NCBI GenBank assembly: GCA_001779925.1
Contig: MFEK01000016.1
Coordinates: forward strand, 78,504-142,503
Source: Candidatus Doudnabacteria bacterium RIFCSPHIGHO2_01_FULL_46_14
Lineage (GTDB): Bacteria; Patescibacteriota; Doudnabacteria; UBA920; 2-01-FULL-46-14
Direction: 5' to 3'
Length of the DNA: 64,000 nt
The notes beneath the pieces are model-generated. The model did no database searches. It was not told the origin of the DNA and saw only the letters and a list, made by a program, of their open reading frames with translations. A program made the translations under genes and the position numbers. Positions 1 to 8,475 of the stretch are shown one piece after another. How positions within the stretch are numbered: the stretch's first letter is position 1; the number at the start of each line of letters is the position of its first letter.

Positions 1-855
1 GAAGCAGGCTCAAATCATCCGTTGGCCAAGGCTATTATTGAAGAGGCAACCAAAAGAGGCACTATGCCGCTAGAGCCTGTTGAAAAATTTCAATCTGTAG
101 CCGGCCACGGCTTGAAAGCAATTATTAAGGGTATGCCTGTCCTTGCGGGTAAAGAAAAGCTGCTCACCGATAACGGAGTATCTATCAATTCTGCCGCGCG
201 CGCACTGCTAGATCGGTTGGCCGGCGAAGGTAAAACTTTGAGTTTGATTGCCTGCAGCGGCAAGCTTGCCGGTGTGGTCGCAGCCGCTGATACCATTAAA
301 CCGACTGCTAAAAAAACTATTGCCAGTTTACAACAGCTTGGCATTGAGGTGGCCATGATTACCGGGGATCACAAAGGAGTAGCTCGCGCGGTAGGAAAAG
401 CGCTCGGAATGGATAGAATCTTTGCCGAAGTCCTGCCCGGAGATAAGGCCAAATATGTCAAAAAACTCCAAGACGAGGGCAAATTTGTGGCAATGGTAGG
501 AGACGGCATCAATGACGCTCCCGCTTTGGCGCAGGCCGATATCGGCATTGCCATCGGCGCGGGAACCGATGTGGCGATTGAGACCGGCAACATTGTGCTT
601 ATGAAATCAGACCCATATGACATTGTAGCCGCTATAAGACTTTCCAAAGCCACTGTCACAAAAATGAAGCAGAACCTGTTTTGGGCGGCGATCTACAACA
701 TGCTGGCTATTCCCGTGGCAGCCGGAGTGTTTTACAATTCGCTCGGCTGGTCATTGCGCCCCGAGATTTCTGCCCTGCTTATGTCCGCGTCATCTATTAT
801 AGTGGCAACGAACGCGGTACTATTAAAGCGGGTTGAACCAAAATTGAAAATCTAA
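1..855 (+). CDS. Heavy-metal-translocating P-type ATPase, C-terminal part; the 5' end lies outside the window
   Basis: Reading frame is open from base 1. HAD/P-type motifs MITGDH and GDGINDAPAL are present, followed by C-terminal TM helices. Confidence 0.85.
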   Translation, partial: EAGSNHPLAKAIIEEATKRGTMPLEPVEKFQSVAGHGLKAIIKGMPVLAGKEKLLTDNGVSINSAARALLDRLAGEGKTLSLIACSGKLAGVVAAADTIKPTAKKTIASLQQLGIEVAMITGDHKGVARAVGKALGMDRIFAEVLPGDKAKYVKKLQDEGKFVAMVGDGINDAPALAQADIGIAIGAGTDVAIETGNIVLMKSDPYDIVAAIRLSKATVTKMKQNLFWAAIYNMLAIPVAAGVFYNSLGWSLRPEISALLMSASSIIVATNAVLLKRVEPKLKI

Positions 856-910
856 TATATCGCACTTTCGCAGGCAACTAAAAAAATAATTAACGGCTTT
901 TAATTCAGAT

Positions 911-1519
911 ATGGCAAAGATGAATCAGTTGGAAAAATTTTTTGTGAACAGCCGGCTCCAATACTATTTGCACAGATGGTTTGGTTTTGGCAGATTTCTT
1001 GAAAAATTACCCTCGACATCTTATGGAGATATTTTAGAAATTGGGGCAGGGGTAGGCTTCACATCGCAGTTATTGTCAGAAAAATATCCTAATGCCAGAA
1101 TCCTAGCTACGGATTTTGACGAAGGTTCAATTGAAATCGCAAAACAGAAAAAACATTCGTCTAACATCTCATTCCATCAGGCGGATGCAACCAAACTGAC
1201 GCTTTCCGATAGTCAATTTGATGCTGCCTTTTCTATCTTGACGCTCCACCATATTCATGATTTTGAAAATGCAATTGCCGAACTTGCCCGTATCGTCAAA
1301 CGAGATGGTGATGTTTATATCATGGATATGCCATCGGCTTCGTTTAATTTTACTCATTTTAGAAGGAACGTTGTTCCGGGAGTCTTTACAAAGAGTGACT
1401 TGATAAAAATAGGAGAAAGGCACGGCCTCAAAATGCAAGATTGTGGAGGCAAGTATTTATTTAAGCTTTGTGGAAAAAAATATGATAAACCGGCCCAAAA
1501 AATATGCACTTTCAGCTAG
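911..1519 (+). CDS. Class I SAM-dependent methyltransferase
   Basis: Motif I ILEIGAGVGFTS and Rossmann-fold layout. The stop overlaps the start of the downstream TrmB-like gene. Confidence 0.7.
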   Translation: MAKMNQLEKFFVNSRLQYYLHRWFGFGRFLEKLPSTSYGDILEIGAGVGFTSQLLSEKYPNARILATDFDEGSIEIAKQKKHSSNISFHQADATKLTLSDSQFDAAFSILTLHHIHDFENAIAELARIVKRDGDVYIMDMPSASFNFTHFRRNVVPGVFTKSDLIKIGERHGLKMQDCGGKYLFKLCGKKYDKPAQKICTFS

Positions 1520-2244
1520 TCTTGCAACAACTTGGATTATCCGAACATGAGGCAAAACTTTATCTTGCTTCTTTGAAAATGGGCGAGGCCAATATCGCAG
1601 ACTTGGCGCAGGCTTTGCAATGGCCGAGATCCACCGTAAAAGAACTGGCGGAGGCCATGCACAACAAAGGCCTGATGCATTTCTACGTCAAACACGGCCG
1701 AAGATACTGGATTGCGGAAAATCCTGACAAGCTCATGATCAATTTGGAGGAACGCCGGGCGGCCCTCAAAACCATCATGCCTAACCTCCAGGCCATGCGC
1801 TCGGAAATCGGCGGTAAACCCAATGTTCAGCTTTACGTGGGAGCACAGGATATCAAACAGATTCTCGATGACATTATCGAGACCAAACATCATATAGCCG
1901 CCCTAATGTCTCATGATGACTGGCTGGATACTTTTGGCGAGGAATATACCAACGATTTTATCGAACGGCGCAAGTCTCATTTCTTAAGAATGAGGCTCAT
2001 TGCACCGCGTACGGATTTTACCACGCGCCTCAAGCAAAAAGACTCGGAAAGCCTGCGGCAAACCCGATTTTTGTCCGAACATATTGACCTGCGGCGCACT
2101 TCCAATTTTATCTACAACGGAAAAACCGCGGTAATTTCCCTGAACCAAAAGCGGCCGACCGGCATCCTCATTGACGACCCTGACGTGGTGCACGCCCAGC
2201 TGATCTATTTTGAAGCTCTGTGGCACCAGAGCAGCGAGCAATAA
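1504..2244 (+). CDS. TrmB-family HTH transcriptional regulator (paralogue 1 of 6)
   Basis: N-terminal LGLSEHEAKLYLASLKMGEANIADLA winged-HTH typical of TrmB, followed by a roughly 170 aa C-terminal domain. Confidence 0.7.
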   Translation: MHFQLVLQQLGLSEHEAKLYLASLKMGEANIADLAQALQWPRSTVKELAEAMHNKGLMHFYVKHGRRYWIAENPDKLMINLEERRAALKTIMPNLQAMRSEIGGKPNVQLYVGAQDIKQILDDIIETKHHIAALMSHDDWLDTFGEEYTNDFIERRKSHFLRMRLIAPRTDFTTRLKQKDSESLRQTRFLSEHIDLRRTSNFIYNGKTAVISLNQKRPTGILIDDPDVVHAQLIYFEALWHQSSEQ

Positions 2245-2256
2245 AAATCGAACTAC

Positions 2257-2292
2257 TGCAAAAACTAACGGCAAATTTGCCGTTAGTTTTTT
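2257..2292 (+). terminator. Rho-independent terminator hairpin plus T-run after the TrmB-like gene
   Basis: aactaacggcaaatttgccgttagtttttt. Confidence 0.5.
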
Positions 2293-2653
2293 ATGCAAAC
2301 GCAGAAAATTTCAGCAAATTTTTTCCATAAATAAGCAAAAAACAAAGATAAAAAAATTTCTCCCGAAATCTTTTTTCCTCGAGGCTTGTTTCTATTGCCA
2401 TCGGTGTTGGAAATGGGATACTGGATCTAAGAGGATTCCTGCTCTCCACAAACGCAGAAAAGAAACAACAATTCAAGACCGGTGGAGGCGGCCAAAGCGA
2501 GCGGTCTTAAACCGCAAGGCAGAGCAGGAATCCCGCCAGAAAAAAAATATACACGAGCAAAATGAAAAATCGCAGGCGTTAGAATAGTTAGTCAACCATC
2601 AGAACAAAGCCGAGGAAATTAATAAAACTTTTTTCGAGGGAGGTGAAAACCAT

Positions 2654-3100
2654 ATGTATCAAACTATTCTCACCATTAAAACCGAATGTCGGCAGGAAGC
2701 TGTTGATATTACCGGGCAGGTAAATGACATAATCGGCAATCACCAGATTGAACAGGGTCTGATTCTGCTGTTTGTTCTGCATTCCACGGCCGCGCTTTCT
2801 ACGGTAACTTTTGCGCCAGGTAAAGACCTGGACATTCTGGAATCACTTGAGCCTGACGTGCCTGCCGGTTTTGAACACTTGCATGGGCATTTTCACCTGC
2901 CTCACCATCTGGTTTCAGCCCTGCTCCACCAAAGTTTAGTTCTACCGATCAGAGATAACCGACTTCTGTTGGGGCAGACTCAAAAGGTTAATCTTGTCGA
3001 ACTAAATGGTCCGAAAGACAGGCAAATCGCGGTGATGCTCTTTGACCATAATGGCCTGAAAATTCCGGCTTTGGCCCACTCGCAAATTAACTACGAATGA
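2654..3100 (+). CDS. YjbQ/UPF0047 family protein
   Basis: HSTAALSTVTF, EHLHGH and NGxL...GxxQ motifs match the YjbQ pattern. An SD ggaggtg sits upstream. Confidence 0.6.
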   Translation: MYQTILTIKTECRQEAVDITGQVNDIIGNHQIEQGLILLFVLHSTAALSTVTFAPGKDLDILESLEPDVPAGFEHLHGHFHLPHHLVSALLHQSLVLPIRDNRLLLGQTQKVNLVELNGPKDRQIAVMLFDHNGLKIPALAHSQINYE

Positions 3101-3195
3101 TAATACCAAAAAATATCCATCCGCTGCGCCCTTACGGGCAAAAAAAATAATCATTAACGGTCGAAAACTTAATTTGCACAAAGGAGAATAAACAT

Positions 3196-3579
3196 ATGAA
3201 CAACTTCAATTGGACAAAAGCTTTCGGATTCGGAGCTCTCATCTGGGTTATTATGTTCGCGGCAGCCGCAATCCTGGTCAGTTTGAATGTGGTTCTCTCT
3301 GTCTGGACCATGTTGGCTCTGGCCGTGATCGCCGGAGTACTCTCATACAGCTTTGCGATCAGTGCCAATCCGCAGACAGCCGGAGAAGCTCTGGGTTATG
3401 GGGTACTGTGGGCAGCACTTGGTATTGTGCTGGACCTGCTCATCAGTCGGCAGTTCAATGTGGGCAGTGGAATCTTCGGGGTCTGGACCTACTGGCTCGG
3501 CTACGCGCTGATGCTATTTGTGCCGTCCCTGCGGGTCCCGTCCGAGGTGGGCACCGGCGCCCAGCACCATCCAATCTAA
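3196..3579 (+). CDS. Small polytopic membrane protein, hypothetical
   Basis: Strong SD aaaggagaa. Four hydrophobic helices. The overlapping alternative frame is R/S-rich and looks like junk. Confidence 0.55.
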   Translation: MNNFNWTKAFGFGALIWVIMFAAAAILVSLNVVLSVWTMLALAVIAGVLSYSFAISANPQTAGEALGYGVLWAALGIVLDLLISRQFNVGSGIFGVWTYWLGYALMLFVPSLRVPSEVGTGAQHHPI

Positions 3580-3639
3580 ACTTCGCGAGGGCGCAGCAGT
3601 TCAATTCAACATTAAGCAATTAGCAAGGGAAACACGTAT

Positions 3640-3861
3640 ATGATGGGTTTTGGATATTATCAACCATTCGGCGCGCTGGGGATGATCCTGTCATGGGTCG
3701 TTATCATAGCAGTCATTGCGCTCATTGTTCGCTGGGTTGCGCGGGCTAACGGCAAACTGCCCGGGACAAACACTGCCTTGGATATCCTCAAAGAGCGTTA
3801 TGCCAAAGGCGAAATAGGCAAACACGAATTCGAGGAAAAGAAAAAAGACCTGGAGAAATGA
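3640..3861 (+). CDS. SHOCT-domain small membrane protein
   Basis: N-terminal TM helix, then a C-terminal LKERYAKGEIGKHEFEEKKKDL SHOCT-like motif. Confidence 0.55.
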   Translation: MMGFGYYQPFGALGMILSWVVIIAVIALIVRWVARANGKLPGTNTALDILKERYAKGEIGKHEFEEKKKDLEK

Positions 3862-3961
3862 GACGGTGACTCATGAACGAAACCATTGAGATTCCCAAAA
3901 TTCCTCACTATATATTTATGGCAATGCTGAGTGAAAAAAATAATCCTAACCCATAACCATT

Positions 3962-4591
3962 ATGCATTTTAAAGACCGACAACACGCGGCCAAGCAACTA
4001 TTCCCGGCTTTGGAAAAATATAAAGGCCGAGACGTTGTAGTATATGCGCTGCCGCGCGGCGGTGTTATGTTGGGTGTAGAGATAGCCAGACACTTGGGCG
4101 CTGCGTTTGATTTACTAATTCCTCGGAAGATTGGGCATCCATACGATCCCGAGTATGCTATAGCCGCAGTTTCCGAATCAGGCGAAGTGATAAAAAATGA
4201 AGAGGAACATAAGCATATTGATCAGCAGTGGTTTGCGAAAGAAATGGAAAAGGAGCTTGTGGAAATCAAACGCCGCCGCCAGCTTTATCTGGACGGCCGA
4301 AAATCTGTTGATCCAAAAGGCAAAATCGCGATCATTGTGGATGATGGGTTGGCCACCGGACTGACCATGAAGGTAGCGATCAAGCAGCTGCGCAATCAAA
4401 AAATCAAAAGCATCATCGTAGCCGTACCGGTCGCTCCAGCAGACACGGCCAGGGAAATCGGAGATTTGGCGGACGAACTGATAGCCCTGCATGTCCCGTC
4501 AGGCTTTGCCGCCATCAGCGCCTATTACCGGGATTTTCCGCAAGTATCGGACGAGGAAGTTATTTCGCTTATTAAATCTCTGGAACCGTAA
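3962..4591 (+). CDS. Phosphoribosyltransferase family protein
   Basis: PRPP-binding motif IAIIVDDGLATGLTM. Confidence 0.75.
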   Translation: MHFKDRQHAAKQLFPALEKYKGRDVVVYALPRGGVMLGVEIARHLGAAFDLLIPRKIGHPYDPEYAIAAVSESGEVIKNEEEHKHIDQQWFAKEMEKELVEIKRRRQLYLDGRKSVDPKGKIAIIVDDGLATGLTMKVAIKQLRNQKIKSIIVAVPVAPADTAREIGDLADELIALHVPSGFAAISAYYRDFPQVSDEEVISLIKSLEP

Positions 4592-4677
4592 AAAATGTTT
4601 GATTGAAAGAGCTGGCATCGGCATTGTATGATCACGGATTTTTCTGATCTCCACGAACATTTTTATCAAATACCGGA

Positions 4678-5058
4678 TTGGGGAAATATTTGAAAAAGGG
4701 GTATAATATATATCTATGTTTTGGCTGTACCAGGGGCAAAGACAGGCACTGTCAAAACAAGTACATCCAAGAAAAGGACATGATCGAGGAACTCCTGAAA
4801 ATCCTTAATCAGATAGACTTAAGTGAACTTGGAACGCGGCAAAAGCTTGAGGAAGAAATCAACCGGTTCCATAAATTCCAAAATACGGTACTCAAATCCA
4901 AGGATTCGGCTGGACAGAAAACAAGCCACATTGATATCCGGACCTATGCCAAATATCTGCTCAAGGAAGGCAGTATCACTGAGAAGCGAGAACTGTTGGC
5001 GAACCTGAAAAGCAAACTGGTGTACAAAGATAAAACAATCACACTACTCCAACAATAA
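4678..5058 (+). pseudogene. Remnant of a large serine recombinase: only the C-terminal zinc beta-ribbon and coiled-coil segment remains
   Basis: YNIYLCFGCTRGKDRHCQNKY followed by a coiled coil matches the recombinase zinc-ribbon domain. There is no catalytic domain. The frame opens just after a stop at 4645 and starts with TTG, not ATG. Confidence 0.5.
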
Positions 5059-5069
5059 CCGCTAAACAA

Positions 5070-5097
5070 CAACACCGCTTTTTAAAGCGGTGTTGTT
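5070..5097 (+). terminator. Terminator hairpin
   Basis: aacaacaccgctttttaaagcggtgttgtttt. Confidence 0.55.
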
Positions 5098-5167
5098 TTG
5101 GTTGCCACTCGATCTTGCTACCAGCGCCACCCGAGGTACTCGGGTCTCGCTCGATAACAAAATGTCG

Positions 5168-5257
5168 TGGCGGAGAGGGTGGGATTCGAACCCACGAGAC
5201 CCGATGAAAGGTCACAGTTTTCGAGACTGTCGCCTTGAACCACTTGGCTACCTCTCC
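5168..5257 (-). tRNA. tRNA-Ser(CGA)
   Basis: Hand-folded. Acceptor GGAGAGG/CCTCTCC, anticodon loop CTCGAAA, long variable arm, CCA encoded. Length 90 nt. Confidence 0.8.
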
Positions 5258-5496
5258 ATCTAAACTTAGTCCTATCAGTTTTTTAAATGCTCCACCACCT
5301 TTATAGCCCTTATTTGAAATTCTCGTCGGTAAGCATCCTGCTCAGTGAAAAATGTTTCATAATGCACTCGAACCGCCGTATTTCCGAAAAAATTGTTTCT
5401 TGGGATTTCAAAAAACCTTTTGATTTGCTTGCAAATCTTCCCGCCGACGAGCTTCGCTCGGAGGCGGCGTCATCAAAAAATTTGCAAAATTTCACT

Positions 5497-5570
5497 TGGT
5501 CGGGGTGCTGGGAATTGAACCCAGTCTACACGCACCCGAAGCGTGCGTACTACCGGCATACTCCACCCCG
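5497..5570 (-). tRNA. tRNA-Pro(CGG)
   Basis: Acceptor CGGGGTG/CACCCCG, anticodon stem CACGC/GCGTG, loop TTCGGGT, T-loop TTCAATT, CCA encoded. Confidence 0.75.
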
Positions 5571-5599
5571 AATGTGCTTTTGAATTTACTATTTAGTTT

Positions 5600-5650
5600 T
5601 GCCCCCAGAGGGAATCGAACCCCTATCTTGTCCTTAGGACGGATCTGCTC
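5600..5650 (-). pseudogene. Partial tRNA-Arg copy: the 3' half only, with no matching 5' acceptor strand
   Basis: About 50 nt nearly identical to the 3' half of the adjacent tRNA-Arg, including the anticodon arm and T-arm. The 5' portion is unrelated sequence. Confidence 0.55.
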
Positions 5651-5671
5651 CCCGCCCGCCTGACTCGTCTA

Positions 5672-5743
5672 TGTCCCTGGAGGGAATCGAACCCCCATCT
5701 TATCCTTAGGACGGATCTGCTCTATCCATTGAGCTACAGAGAC
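5672..5743 (-). tRNA. tRNA-Arg(CCU)
   Basis: Acceptor GTCTCTG/CAGGGAC, anticodon loop GTCCTAA, T-loop TTCGATT. CCA is not encoded. Confidence 0.75.
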
Positions 5744-5821
5744 GTCAGGCGAGTCGGGCGGGTATCCGCTTGTCCGACCTGGATCGGACTCCGACATTGG
5801 TCGGAGAGCTACGGGGACATG

Positions 5822-5895
5822 TGGTGGACCCGAGGGGAATCGGACCCCTGACTGCTCCATGCCATGGAGCCGTGTTACCATTATACTACGGGCCC
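5822..5895 (-). tRNA. tRNA-Ala(GGC)
   Basis: Acceptor GGGCCCG with the G3:U70 alanine identity pair, anticodon loop ATGGCAT, CCA encoded. Confidence 0.8.
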
Positions 5896-5977
5896 TAATT
5901 AACTTTTCAGTTTATATATTGTAATGAAAATCGTGATTTATTTCAATGTTTCACATTGAGGCGTATATAATGAAACA

Positions 5978-6640
5978 GTGATCACCCCAACCTACACTAA
6001 AGAATTAGAATTACTCCCGAATTACCGCCTTATTGCCGGCGTTGATGAGGTGGGCCGCGGGCCGCTCGCTGGGCCCGTAGTGTCAGCGGTTGTAATTCTC
6101 AATCCTGCAGCGGTTGGAAAATACCGTAGCAAGACCAAATGGTGGAGCGCGGTTCGCGACAGTAAAACCGTGCCAGGGCACAGACGGCAATCTTTGGCGG
6201 AATTCATAAAAGAGAACGCTATTGATTATGCCGTCGGTCTTGCTACGCATCGGGAGATTGATGAACTCAATATTCATTTTGCCTCACTGCTCTCCATGAA
6301 GCGTGCAGTAGAGAATCTGAAAATCTCACCCGATATCGTGCTCATAGATGGACTTTACAAAATTCCACATTCCATATTCCAGATTCAAACTATCGTAAAT
6401 GGCGACGCAAAAATTTTATCTATCGCGGCTGCTTCCATTCTCGCCAAAGTTTATCGCGATGATCTCATGAAAAAATATTCCGGAGAATTCCCAAATTTTG
6501 GTTTTGAAAAACATAAAGGCTACAATACTCTATTTCATAGAAAGGCGATTATTGCGCACGGCGCTTGTCCCATCCACCGCATGAGTTTTCCTGCTCTGCA
6601 AACAGTGATTAGCAAAAGATTTGCAAATCTGCTAAAATAG
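5978..6640 (+). CDS. rnhB: Ribonuclease HII
   Basis: LIAGVDEVGRGPLAGPVV active-site motif. GTG start. Confidence 0.85.
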   Translation: MITPTYTKELELLPNYRLIAGVDEVGRGPLAGPVVSAVVILNPAAVGKYRSKTKWWSAVRDSKTVPGHRRQSLAEFIKENAIDYAVGLATHREIDELNIHFASLLSMKRAVENLKISPDIVLIDGLYKIPHSIFQIQTIVNGDAKILSIAAASILAKVYRDDLMKKYSGEFPNFGFEKHKGYNTLFHRKAIIAHGACPIHRMSFPALQTVISKRFANLLK

Positions 6641-6666
6641 TACCGCAAGGAAATCAAGAACAGCCG

Positions 6667-6693
6667 CGTAAGAGTTGCTGTTTTTTTACGTCA
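6667..6693 (+). terminator. Terminator hairpin after rnhB
   Basis: aacagccgcgtaagagttgctgttttttt. Confidence 0.5.
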
Positions 6694-6699
6694 AATCAT

Positions 6700-7206
6700 A
6701 TGGATCAAGATCAAATGCAAAAAGAAAAGTTCCTGGAAAGCTATGACAGCTACGCAGATGCGATTTTCCGCTATTGTTTGATTCGGGTCTATGACCGCGA
6801 AAAAGCGCGCGACCTCACCCAGGACGTATTTATCCGCGCCTGGGATTATATTGTTTCCGGCAAAGAGGTTGAGCACTGGAAAGCGTTTCTGTACCGCATT
6901 GCCACGAACCTTATAATCGACAATGCCCGCAGAAAACACGAGCTCATCTCCCTGGAAACATTAATGGAAACCGGATTTGATCCGGGCAAGGATGATCGCT
7001 CGCATGTTGATGATTACATAGACGGGCAAAAAGCTGTCGCCGCGATCAACGATCTCGGAGAAATCTACCGCGAACCGGTATACTTAAGATATGTGGAAGA
7101 TATGTCCCCCGCAGAGATTGCCGAAATCACCGGAGTCTCGGAAAACGTAGTCTCGGTTCGCATCCACCGCGGACTCTACCAATTAAAACGCAAGCTGAAG
7201 CAATAA
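6700..7206 (+). CDS. ECF-type RNA polymerase sigma-70 factor
   Basis: Regions 2 and 4 are present: DLTQDVFIRAW and a C-terminal HTH ending VSVRIHRGLYQLKRKL. Confidence 0.85.
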   Translation: MDQDQMQKEKFLESYDSYADAIFRYCLIRVYDREKARDLTQDVFIRAWDYIVSGKEVEHWKAFLYRIATNLIIDNARRKHELISLETLMETGFDPGKDDRSHVDDYIDGQKAVAAINDLGEIYREPVYLRYVEDMSPAEIAEITGVSENVVSVRIHRGLYQLKRKLKQ

Positions 7207-7207
7207 T

Positions 7208-8395
7208 ATGACAAATTTCTTTAAACAATTTAAAAATATAAAACTCGCGGACCAAGAGCGTACAAAAATCCGCGCTAATTTGCTTGCTTATTTGGAAAAC
7301 AATCCGGTAAGACCTTTGAAGATTGCCCGTCATAACTGGCAAAGGTCGAGTATCTTTTCTTTATTCTTAACTAGAGAAGGAACACTCACTATGCCAGCAT
7401 TAATTATAGGTTTAATCATCACGCTTTCCGGAGGAATCTCTGCGGGTGCTGCCGGCTCTCTCCCCGGGGATTTGCTTCACCCTATCAAGATCAATGTCAA
7501 TGAACGGGTCAAAGCCGCGCTAGCCGTAGGCTCCGAGGCCGAGGCCGATCTCGCGCTGAAACTAATGGATGAAAGGCTTCAGGAAACCGAACAGCTTGCT
7601 GTCAAAGCTGATCTGAAAACTGAGCTTGTCGCCAAGGTAGACGAACGGTTTACTATTCAAGCGGATAAGCTCAAAGGTTTGATTGCCCGGTTTGAAGCGG
7701 AAGGAAAATCCGAAGTCGCTGCCAAGCTAAGCGCGAACCTGAACGCTCTCCTGAAAGTTCACGAGCAAATCCTCGCGCAGCTGCGTGAAAAACTCGCAGG
7801 TATTGATCCGGCAAACCTTGATAAGATCCAAACCAGGATTAGAGCCGAGATCAAAAACGCTGAGGACATTAACGTCCGTGTAGAAACCCGAGTCAAAGCA
7901 GGCGACCAGTCTGCAACCTCTACCAAACCCGATATTGAGCACCGTGCAGAGGCCGCAGCTCGCGCCAAGCTTGCCGCTGCAGAGAATAAAATTGCCGAGG
8001 TGGAAAGATTCCTGAATGCGAAAAAAGATCAGGTGACTGCCGAATCTTGGAACCGCGCCAGTGCCAAGCTGGACGAGGCGAAAAACCTCGTTGTCCAAGG
8101 CCAAGCCAAGCTGGAAACAAAAGCTTTCGTGGAAGCTTTCCGATTATTCCAGAAAGCTCATGTGACAGCTCAGGCCGCCAAGCTCCATCTGCTCATCGAA
8201 CATCGCCTGGAAATAAACATTCCGGATCGTAACGAAAGAGATGATCGCGATGAAAGCAAGACTGAACAAAAAGAACTCGACAGAACGGATAAAGACAATC
8301 ATGATGAAGATGACGAAGACAGAAATGAAAAAAATTCCGATAATGAGCTCATCGAACTCAAGCTGAACGGCAAAACCAAACTCGAGGTTCGCTAG
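7208..8395 (+). CDS. Putative anti-sigma factor: membrane-anchored coiled-coil protein with an acidic C-terminal tail
   Basis: Start lies 1 nt after the sigma gene's stop. One TM helix near residue 60, then a long coiled coil and a D/E/R-rich tail. Confidence 0.45.
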   Translation: MTNFFKQFKNIKLADQERTKIRANLLAYLENNPVRPLKIARHNWQRSSIFSLFLTREGTLTMPALIIGLIITLSGGISAGAAGSLPGDLLHPIKINVNERVKAALAVGSEAEADLALKLMDERLQETEQLAVKADLKTELVAKVDERFTIQADKLKGLIARFEAEGKSEVAAKLSANLNALLKVHEQILAQLREKLAGIDPANLDKIQTRIRAEIKNAEDINVRVETRVKAGDQSATSTKPDIEHRAEAAARAKLAAAENKIAEVERFLNAKKDQVTAESWNRASAKLDEAKNLVVQGQAKLETKAFVEAFRLFQKAHVTAQAAKLHLLIEHRLEINIPDRNERDDRDESKTEQKELDRTDKDNHDEDDEDRNEKNSDNELIELKLNGKTKLEVR

Positions 8396-8411
8396 GATAG
8401 CGTTTCACAAA

Positions 8412-8434
8412 CCCCTCCTTCATTGAAGGAGGGG
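8412..8434 (+). terminator. GC-rich palindromic hairpin of the CCCCTCC/GGAGGGG family, acting as a terminator
   Basis: cccctccttcattgaaggagggg. Confidence 0.55.
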
Positions 8435-8475
8435 TTTGACTAATTTTATTAATCGATTATGATTATTCTTACCAT

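Noticed and set aside
2434-2534. Possible SRP (4.5S) RNA
   Set aside because: It shares only AAGGCAGA with domain IV. It lacks the GNRA-capped helix and conserved symmetric loop. Kept only as an unclassified structured segment.
2210-2587. 125 aa K/R-rich ORF
   Set aside because: Low-complexity translation of an AT-rich non-coding spacer. No RBS. The region is better explained as a structured non-coding segment.
3210-3623. Alternative frame overlapping the membrane-protein gene
   Set aside because: R/S/G-rich junk translation. The 3196 frame has an SD and clean TM helices.
5320-5400. TCGAACC-like motif suggesting another tRNA
   Set aside because: No acceptor or anticodon stems could be paired. 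It is not a tRNA.
5669-5881. 70 aa ORF and neighbours 5287..5583
   Set aside because: They overlap tRNA genes. PGT/RFP-rich translations are typical of tRNA antisense.
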